Of a stretch of 64,000 nt of DNA, positions 38,223-45,104 are shown one piece after another. The DNA is from a virus. Position numbers and translations under genes: made by a program. The notes below the pieces were generated by a model that did no database searches, was not told the origin of the DNA, and saw only the letters and a list, made by a program, of their open reading frames with translations. Within the stretch, counting starts at the first letter, position 1. The number at the start of each line of letters is the position of its first letter. Where the stretch lies: positions 9,854 to 73,853 of the IMG/VR virus record IMGVR_UViG_3300033183_000058; one strand, given 5' to 3'.

Positions 38223-39327
38223 GTTTGATTACACTGCAATAGACGAATATCAATTGGAAATTACAACTTACTGTAATGCTAGTTGCCCACAGTGTCCTCG
38301 TAATGACCTAGGTGGCAAATTAAATCCTTACATGGATCTAGTTCACTTGGAACGTGATGTAATTGATCGTGCATTTACACCTGAACTATGTAGTAGACTA
38401 AGACAGGTATTCTTCTGTGGCAGTTATGGCGATCCTATAGTGCATCCAGAGTTTTTAGATATACTAAAAGACTTCCGTCGTAAGAATCCAACATTATGGT
38501 TATATGTGCATACCAATGGCGGTGCTCATAATCCTGCATACTGGCACGAGATGGCTGAGATAATGAATGGCTATGGTCAAGTAGACTTTGGCTTAGATGG
38601 ATTACAAGATACTCTACACCTATATCGCAAACACGTAGACTATGATAAAGTTATAGAAAACGCCCAAGCATTTATTTCTGCAGGTGGACGTGCTATGTGG
38701 CAGATGATTGTGTTTAAGCACAACGAACATCAAGTTAAAGAAGCAGAACAGATTGCTAAAGACATGGGCTTCTTTAAGTTTCTTGCTCGTAAGACTGGTC
38801 GTTTCTTCCATCATGGCGAAGAACGTGAACTAGATCATTGGCCTGTTAAAGATATGCAAGGCGAAGTAGAATACACACTGGAACCGCCGGAAAGTGAACA
38901 ATGGCGTAACCAAAGTGTTATTAAATTACCAGAACTTAAAAAGCAATATAACGACCTACAGCAATACTTTAAGACCACAGACATACATTGTGATAGCCTA
39001 CACGGTAAAAAAGTTGCTATGAACGCACAAGGCGTGTTGTTGCCCTGTAACTTCTTTAATCATAACCTCTATGATGCTAGGTTTAGAGATGGCACACTGC
39101 CAGGTAGTAATCGTGGACACACAGTAGACGGAAAGAATCAAGTAAGAACATTTTTAGAACAGTATGGACTTGACAATTTAGACATACACAATTATAGTAT
39201 AGAGGACATATTTAAAAATCCTTTCTGGTCGGACCTAGTTGACACTTGGTCAAATAACAATAGAATTTTTGAATGTGCTATGACTTGTGGTAAACAATTT
39301 ACAAAAGTATGGGATCAAACTCGATGA
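38215..39327 (+). CDS. Radical SAM protein with C-terminal twitch-like domain
   Basis: CNASCPQC; CGSYGDP; LPCN; CAMTCG; paralog of 35240..36181. Confidence 0.88.
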   Translation: MTKFDYTAIDEYQLEITTYCNASCPQCPRNDLGGKLNPYMDLVHLERDVIDRAFTPELCSRLRQVFFCGSYGDPIVHPEFLDILKDFRRKNPTLWLYVHTNGGAHNPAYWHEMAEIMNGYGQVDFGLDGLQDTLHLYRKHVDYDKVIENAQAFISAGGRAMWQMIVFKHNEHQVKEAEQIAKDMGFFKFLARKTGRFFHHGEERELDHWPVKDMQGEVEYTLEPPESEQWRNQSVIKLPELKKQYNDLQQYFKTTDIHCDSLHGKKVAMNAQGVLLPCNFFNHNLYDARFRDGTLPGSNRGHTVDGKNQVRTFLEQYGLDNLDIHNYSIEDIFKNPFWSDLVDTWSNNNRIFECAMTCGKQFTKVWDQTR

Positions 39328-39908
39328 AAATATTAGTAACCGGAGACAACAGAGGCCTAGGCCTAGACATAAAGAACGAATTTTCTGCAGATGGCATAAG
39401 TAGACAGTCAGGCTTTGACATTACTCGAGACGTTAAGCAAATTGCAGAGAAAAGTTTGGAGTATGATGTCTTTATCAACAACGCATTTGATGGTCCCCCA
39501 CAAGAAGACTGGGCTAACTTTGGCCAAGTTAACTTACTGCTAGAAGTATACAAGCAGTGGCGTGAACACAACAAAACAGGTTGGATATTTAACATAGGCA
39601 GTATTGGCGAGAAGAGCATAGTTGCTCCAGACCCTGATTGGGAAACCTACAGGATAGCTAAGTCAGCATTGAGACACGCTAGTCAACAATGCACTCGTGC
39701 CTTTAAAGACAACAAAGTCAAATTTAGGACTACGTTGATTAGTCCTGACAGGCTTGACACTGAATTATCACGTTCTCGTGATAACTGGACAGGTAACGGT
39801 ATACAAACTAAGGATATCATTGATTTTATTAAGTATTCTTTGGAAGTAAATCCTAACACTGTCATCGAGGAGGTCACTTTTTACTGTGGCCTTGATTACT
39901 CGGCATAA
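39324..39908 (+). CDS. Short-chain dehydrogenase/reductase
   Basis: VTGDNRGLG Rossmann motif; INNA; NIGS; catalytic YRIAK (YxxxK); ATGA overlap start at 39324. Confidence 0.88.
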   Translation: MKILVTGDNRGLGLDIKNEFSADGISRQSGFDITRDVKQIAEKSLEYDVFINNAFDGPPQEDWANFGQVNLLLEVYKQWREHNKTGWIFNIGSIGEKSIVAPDPDWETYRIAKSALRHASQQCTRAFKDNKVKFRTTLISPDRLDTELSRSRDNWTGNGIQTKDIIDFIKYSLEVNPNTVIEEVTFYCGLDYSA

Positions 39909-39944
39909 ATGTTAGTGCTACAACTCTTTTAGAAAGGAAACATA

Positions 39945-40385
39945 TTGTCATACGAAAACCCTTGGATGTTACAAGACTCAATCTTTGACTCTGAAGATAT
40001 CGGTGACAACTACGGTTTCGTCTATAGAATCACAAACACTACAAACGGACATGACTACATCGGCAAGAAGTTCTTTTGGCGTAAGGTCACACGTCCGCCA
40101 CTCAAAGGCAAGAAAAATAAAAGAAGATCATTGGCAGAATCTGATTGGAAGGAATACTGGGGCTCCAGTGACCGACTACAGGCAGATATAGAAAAATTAG
40201 GCAAAGACAAATTCTCAAGGCAAATAATCCATTTGTGCAAATCCAAAGGCTCAACAAACTATTTGGAGTGCTACTATCAAATGAAAGAGAACGTGCTGTT
40301 ACGTGATGACAATTACAACGGCATTATTAACATTCGACTTGGTGTAGGATCTGTTAAAGACGTATTATTAGAAGATTTAAAATAA
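39945..40385 (+). CDS. Stand-alone GIY-YIG family endonuclease
   Basis: GFVYRITNTTNGHDYIGKK (GIY..YIG); YWGSS; conserved Glu (NYLE) and Asn (YNG); TTG start with SD AAGGA. Confidence 0.85.
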   Translation: MSYENPWMLQDSIFDSEDIGDNYGFVYRITNTTNGHDYIGKKFFWRKVTRPPLKGKKNKRRSLAESDWKEYWGSSDRLQADIEKLGKDKFSRQIIHLCKSKGSTNYLECYYQMKENVLLRDDNYNGIINIRLGVGSVKDVLLEDLK

Positions 40386-40805
40386 ACAGCCACTGATGCA
40401 GATGTATTCTGTGTCCTACGAGGTGATCACTGAGAAGTGTGGAACTCCTGAGAATAGACTTAGGAACGGGACGGCAACAGGCGAATAAGTTTAAAAACTA
40501 AATGATGTAGGCTCTGAGAAAAAGCAACCTACGTGTTGATATAGTTTGGCTAATCACGGACTATACAGCATCCGCCAGATGAATCTAGAGTAGGGAGCAC
40601 CGGCTGACCACTTCCGTCCTTAGGGAATCTCTTTTGATTAGTATGACGCTAACACGGATGATGCGTGGTCATAATTTGCCTGCGGATAGGTGAATTATGA
40701 CTTAAATCAGGATGATACGCGAAGGGTATGTAAAAGAAATCAATTAACTCTAGTTAAGAATAAAAGGTATGAGCGATAGCGAAATACAGATGTCGTAAGA
40801 CATCT
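40386..40805 (+). ncRNA. Candidate large structured ncRNA (alternatively a structured origin element)
   Basis: ~420 nt with no ORF in the track; about ten stems with G-U pairs favouring the plus strand; GNRA tetraloops; 8-bp loop pseudoknot 40549-40556/40635-40642. Confidence 0.6.
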
Positions 40806-41491
40806 TAAAATGTGTATCCAAAATGATCAATCCAAACACGATGTGCTTCAGTAACAGTTGCTAGAGTCTTTGGGTTTGTGTAATAGTCCTGATAAGGATT
40901 AGGTCTTATCCTGTAACCTGATTTATACTTTGGCATTGTGTCTGGTTTATACACTTCACCTATATTCTCACAGATACGTGCTACCTCATTATCAAAATCC
41001 TCATAACGAATAACATCATCTACAATAACTTCATCACCAATAGTAAAAACATCTAGGTCATCTGCTAACCATCTAGGTTTCATATCAATAAACCACTCAA
41101 ACGATTCCCTTACTTCGTCAAATGGCATGTGTGGTTTACGAGCAATCTTCTTACGTATAGAGTGCATGGTCCACCAAAACTTAGATACCATACGATCCCA
41201 AGGATTGCGAATAACACAGATCTTGTAGTAAGACTTCCATACATCCTCACCTAACAGACTACGCAGTCTTTTAGCACTCATATGATTCCAATATTGATCT
41301 TCTTTGATCTTTCTACCATTGTGTCTGGCTCCTGCTATACCATACTCTGATATAGTTTCTACTCTGTTGTGATCGCCTAGGTCTACTGTGTCGGGTGGTA
41401 AACAAAACTGTTCAAGGTATGCTTCAACAGAAGTGCCACCTGTCTTTTTGGTTTTGAGATATATGAATTTGTGAGTGTGGCTTACAAGCAT
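40805..41491 (-). CDS. Sulfotransferase family 2 protein
   Basis: PAPS-binding motifs FIYLKTKKTGGTS (5'-PSB) and IRNPWDRMVS (3'-PB); IRYE; C-terminal FGY. Start reassigned to the ATG at 41491. Confidence 0.85.
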   Translation of the reverse strand: MLVSHTHKFIYLKTKKTGGTSVEAYLEQFCLPPDTVDLGDHNRVETISEYGIAGARHNGRKIKEDQYWNHMSAKRLRSLLGEDVWKSYYKICVIRNPWDRMVSKFWWTMHSIRKKIARKPHMPFDEVRESFEWFIDMKPRWLADDLDVFTIGDEVIVDDVIRYEDFDNEVARICENIGEVYKPDTMPKYKSGYRIRPNPYQDYYTNPKTLATVTEAHRVWIDHFGYTF

Positions 41492-41507
41492 AACATTACT
41501 TATAGTC

Positions 41508-41544
41508 AAAAGAAAAGGCCCAGGTATCTCAACGTGAGCCTTTT
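41508..41544 (-). terminator. Probable terminator after the small membrane protein gene
   Basis: Minus strand AAAAGGCTCA...TGGGCCTTTT stem followed by CTTTT. Confidence 0.55.
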
Positions 41545-41564
41545 AGTAGGTTTATGCTAGAGAC

Positions 41565-41798
41565 TTACTTCTTGTCCCAGATTGTATATAAAACCCATAC
41601 TGCGATTAAACCAGCTACGCCTTGATCGCCTAGTGATTTAACGATGCCAGTTACAGAACCAATAACGTCTGTGCCTGGAAGAAATGGAACTGTGTTACCG
41701 CCAAATAAAATTTCTAAAGCGATGAACATTGCCATTAAAGTTACTGCTAAATGAGCAATCTCGTTAGCCCACTTCTTTACGTTTTCCAATACTTTCAT
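41565..41798 (-). CDS. Small membrane protein (77 aa)
   Basis: Two to three hydrophobic or amphipathic segments; strong SD AGGAGGT; own promoters and terminator. Confidence 0.8.
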   Translation of the reverse strand: MKVLENVKKWANEIAHLAVTLMAMFIALEILFGGNTVPFLPGTDVIGSVTGIVKSLGDQGVAGLIAVWVLYTIWDKK

Positions 41799-41948
41799 GT
41801 AGTATTACCTCCTAAGAAGCCACGCCCTAGTTTATCATCTTCACCACAAAACTTTGGTGCGTGAAATAGTATTTAGAGTCTAACACGGGTATAAACAACA
41901 CAGTTTTTATATTTGTGTTCCGTGCATAATTATAGGCTCTAATACATT

Positions 41949-41977
41949 ATTATAGCATTAAATGGCGATTTGGTCAA
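41949..41977 (-). promoter_or_regulatory. Sigma70-type promoter with extended -10
   Basis: Minus strand TTGACC, 17 nt, TATAAT, with TG at the extended -10 position. Confidence 0.7.
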
Positions 41978-41978
41978 T

Positions 41979-42209
41979 CTAAAAGAAGGGCATTCTGCTC
42001 TTTTTGGTGGTTTCTAGATTTTCCTTGATTATGTCGTTTATGATAGATCTTTCTTCCATTGACAGGTGCATGGCTTCTGTATAGCTCAAACCACCACGCA
42101 TATACCATGCCATTTTGAGACTATCGTTTCTAATACTCTTAGTCTCTTTTTCCATTCCTTCAACTAGGCCCTCGATCTCTTCAGAGTTCAAGGTCAAGAG
42201 CCTTATACG
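41979..42209 (-). CDS. gp51-like hub/tail assembly chaperone C-terminal part (-1 frame extension of the upstream gene, or independent start at ATG 42155)
   Basis: MAWYMRGGLSYTEAMHLSMEER resembles small tail-chaperone/gp51-like domains; the frame stays open through the slippery site. Confidence 0.65.
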   Translation of the reverse strand, partial: RIRLLTLNSEEIEGLVEGMEKETKSIRNDSLKMAWYMRGGLSYTEAMHLSMEERSIINDIIKENLETTKKSRMPFF

Positions 42210-43042
42210 AAAAAATTTGACATATCCAATGTAAATGGTTGACTGTATTCTTTGCCACATTCCTCGTTAGAACATTTAATGGTCAATGGTTTTATTTCTG
42301 TTCCAGCTCTGAGATCACTTAAATGATCACGTATTCTATTAAACACTTTGCTGTCGCAGTTGGTCATAAACTCTTTGATATGCTCTGGATTGTCTACAGT
42401 TTCTCCGTTTACACGAATCAACGATATGCTGTCTCCGATAGCACCCATGGTAAGTTTGGTTACGTTTGCTAAGGCTTGTCCTAGTGCAGACATCTTATCT
42501 GCTTCTGGTATGTTTTCATCTGCCTGCGCCATCTGCATAACCTTTTGTTGTTCAAACTGTGCTTTGGCAGTTTCGTTTAGATCAAAGTATGTCATAGGTT
42601 TAAAGAATACTTCAAGGTCACTTATCTTTGCAGACTTTGCATAGTCTGGTGCACGATATTGATCAATGACATTACGTAGATCAAGTGCGTAGTCCTGTGT
42701 TTCGTTGCAGTGAGGACAAGTCACAGTCATTTCCATTTCGTGACCATAACTGGCAATTCGAACTGCTGTTAACAATAGGTCAACGTCTGTTTGTGGGATC
42801 GCCCATGGATCTTTGATGTTTGGTATACAGCTCTTAAATATTTCAGCAACTGCTGAACCGTTAAACAATGCGTCAGGTGTTCTGTTTACGATCTCATCCA
42901 TAGCAGTCATTGGAAAGATAGGTATCTCTCCGTTAACAGGCATATCTAGTGTGCCAGGTGGATAAAATTTACCATCACTAGGTAATTTAACGTAGATTGC
43001 AGGTTGTCTAAAATACTTCTGTAAGGGGTTATTTTCGCCCAT
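42203..43042 (-). CDS. gp26: Baseplate hub assembly chaperone gp26-like
   Basis: YVKLPSDGKFY; PMTAMDE; AVRIASYG; two Cys pairs (CPHC, CSNEEC); ends NFFV. Start at ATG 43042. Confidence 0.75.
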   Translation of the reverse strand: MGENNPLQKYFRQPAIYVKLPSDGKFYPPGTLDMPVNGEIPIFPMTAMDEIVNRTPDALFNGSAVAEIFKSCIPNIKDPWAIPQTDVDLLLTAVRIASYGHEMEMTVTCPHCNETQDYALDLRNVIDQYRAPDYAKSAKISDLEVFFKPMTYFDLNETAKAQFEQQKVMQMAQADENIPEADKMSALGQALANVTKLTMGAIGDSISLIRVNGETVDNPEHIKEFMTNCDSKVFNRIRDHLSDLRAGTEIKPLTIKCSNEECGKEYSQPFTLDMSNFFV

Positions 43043-43054
43043 ATTCAAATACCA

Positions 43055-43083
43055 TAAATAGTTATATAACACAAATATTTATA
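43055..43083. promoter_or_regulatory. Face-to-face pair of late promoters serving the tape measure and chaperone genes
   Basis: TAAATA on plus (43055-43060) and TATAAATA on minus (43076-43083), with palindrome GTTATATAAC between them. Confidence 0.6.
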
Positions 43084-43109
43084 TGCGTATATAACCAGGT
43101 ATTTAATTA

Positions 43110-45029
43110 ATGGAAGAATATGATCCTCAGATAATGCGACAGTTCATGGACGAGCTCCAGAGAACCGGTCGAGTAACTAAAGAAACCGCTGACCAAATTG
43201 CGGCCTCGGGTTCCACTTTAGAAAAATACATGCAGGAACTTGGCAAGGCATCAAAAAATGCTAGCGGCGAGATATTAAAAGGTGCTAAAAATCTAGCATT
43301 TGGTCTTGTTGAAGGTCAAAGAAGATTCCAAGATTTAAATCCAGTTATCGATGGTGTTACTAATGCTATTACAGCACTTAGTGATGCAGTTCCGTTCTTT
43401 GGCGGAATAATATCCGGTGTAGCAAGAACAACAGCAGAAGCAGGCAAGATCATGCTTCGCCAAATGGACATACAGACTAAAGCATTTACTGATGTAGGTG
43501 ATATTGGCGGACTGGCGGCTGATGGTCTAGAAGGCCTCAAAGATCAATTTTTAGATTCTGGATTAACATTAGAATCATATGCAAAAGCTCTACGCAACTC
43601 ATCAACAACACTAGCAAGATTCAGCGGAACAGTAGCATCAGGCGCTCAGGTATTTTCACAAGCGTCAGGTATATTAACACAAGGTGTTGATGTTGAACTA
43701 CGTAGACTAGGCTTTTCAGCAGACGACCTAGGTGAAACACTAGAAGCATTTATTGGTCGACAAACAAGATTAGGCAGATCGCAAGGATTAACTGCAAGTC
43801 AGTTAGCAAATCAAACACAGGCATACGCAAAAGAACTTGACCTATTAAGCAGAGCTACAGGTATGAGTCGCAAGGCCATAATGCAACAACAGGATGCGGC
43901 CTTAAGTGAAGCAAGATTTAGATCTAGTATAGAAAGTATACAAAACGAAGGTGTAAGAACTAATCTATTAAACTTCCAGACCAGTGTTGCTTCAATTAGT
44001 CAAGGGCTCGGACAAGGTATTAGAGATTTAACCTCAGGTTTCTTCAACACTGAAGAAGCACAGGCGTTAATGATACAAACAGGCGGAGCGGCGGCATCTA
44101 TCCTGGGTGACCTCAGAGGCGGCCTAATTGATGAGTTTGAAGCAAGAAGAAGATTACAGTCAGCGTTGAGAGATAATAGTAGACAACTACTAACTGATTT
44201 AGGTCCAGCAATTGGCGAAGCAAGTTTAGCAACACGTAATGCCGCAGGTGTATTTGATATTATGAATGCTGACCTAACAGCATCTGGTTTTGATATCCGT
44301 AGAGAACAAGATGGTCTAGCAAGTGGCACAAATGATCTAACATCAGATATGGTTCAAGCTCAGAAAAACATTGAAGGTATGAATATCGAAATGCAGAGAT
44401 TGTTCTTGGCCGCTATGCCTAAAGCCGCTGGTGCTGTTGAAGGATTTACAGACATCATGCTCGAGGCTATCGGAAAGATCAGTAACCGATTCTTAGGCGA
44501 AGCAAAAGAAGAAGACAAGACCAAGTTTGAAAATATTATGGGTCCTATAAAGGGATTTGGTAATCCTTTTGATGGATTAGTCATGCAGTCGACTGACGAA
44601 GCAACAAAAAACTTGTTAGCCGCTAATGTCAAACCAGATGTAGCAACAGTTAAGACAGCACAGATTGCAGGTCTGCATGATGCTAAGAAAATAGCAGGAG
44701 CCAGCGACGATGCTCCTTTAGCAAGTATTTTAGGTTTTGATGCTGTATCAAAATTTGGTGTAGCAACAGTTGGAGAATTTAAGTCTAAGATCGCAGACAT
44801 GGACCTATCAAAACCATCTGGTCCAAAACAAACATACTCATCAATGACTGCAGGATTAGATACATCAACAGTAGCGACATCTACTACAGAGACTACACAA
44901 CAAGCAACAATGTCTACTGATATGTCTAATATGTTCAAAATGTTAGCTGGTAAACTAGACGAAACCAATGATATTCTTACCAAAGGCAACAGAATTGGCG
45001 AGAGAACATATCGTTCCAATTTGGCATAA
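43110..45029 (+). CDS. Tape measure protein (gp29-like)
   Basis: Ala/Gly/Leu/Gln-rich helical composition; adjacent to the chaperone genes and upstream of the portal. Confidence 0.7.
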   Translation: MEEYDPQIMRQFMDELQRTGRVTKETADQIAASGSTLEKYMQELGKASKNASGEILKGAKNLAFGLVEGQRRFQDLNPVIDGVTNAITALSDAVPFFGGIISGVARTTAEAGKIMLRQMDIQTKAFTDVGDIGGLAADGLEGLKDQFLDSGLTLESYAKALRNSSTTLARFSGTVASGAQVFSQASGILTQGVDVELRRLGFSADDLGETLEAFIGRQTRLGRSQGLTASQLANQTQAYAKELDLLSRATGMSRKAIMQQQDAALSEARFRSSIESIQNEGVRTNLLNFQTSVASISQGLGQGIRDLTSGFFNTEEAQALMIQTGGAAASILGDLRGGLIDEFEARRRLQSALRDNSRQLLTDLGPAIGEASLATRNAAGVFDIMNADLTASGFDIRREQDGLASGTNDLTSDMVQAQKNIEGMNIEMQRLFLAAMPKAAGAVEGFTDIMLEAIGKISNRFLGEAKEEDKTKFENIMGPIKGFGNPFDGLVMQSTDEATKNLLAANVKPDVATVKTAQIAGLHDAKKIAGASDDAPLASILGFDAVSKFGVATVGEFKSKIADMDLSKPSGPKQTYSSMTAGLDTSTVATSTTETTQQATMSTDMSNMFKMLAGKLDETNDILTKGNRIGERTYRSNLA

Positions 45030-45035
45030 TCAAGG

Positions 45036-45081
45036 TTGACACATTCCTTTTTATCCGTTAATCTAATAGAGTCGATAAATA
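45036..45081 (+). promoter_or_regulatory. Tandem sigma70-like and late promoters upstream of the portal gene
   Basis: TTGACA, 17 nt, TAATCT (45036-45064); GATAAATA (45074-45081). Confidence 0.55.
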
Positions 45082-45104
45082 CACCTAGACACTAGGAAAA
45101 ACGG

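Noticed and set aside
39945-40385. GIY-YIG gene as a classical mobile homing endonuclease
   Set aside because: It lacks any C-terminal DNA-binding module (NUMOD, zinc finger, HTH) and is not inside an intron, so it is not called a mobile element
40534-40570. Group I intron-like words (GATATAGT resembles S; GACTATA resembles R) beside a GIY-YIG gene
   Set aside because: The order is reversed relative to group I cores, they form a simple local hairpin, and no interrupted host gene flanks the element. A covariance-model search would settle it.
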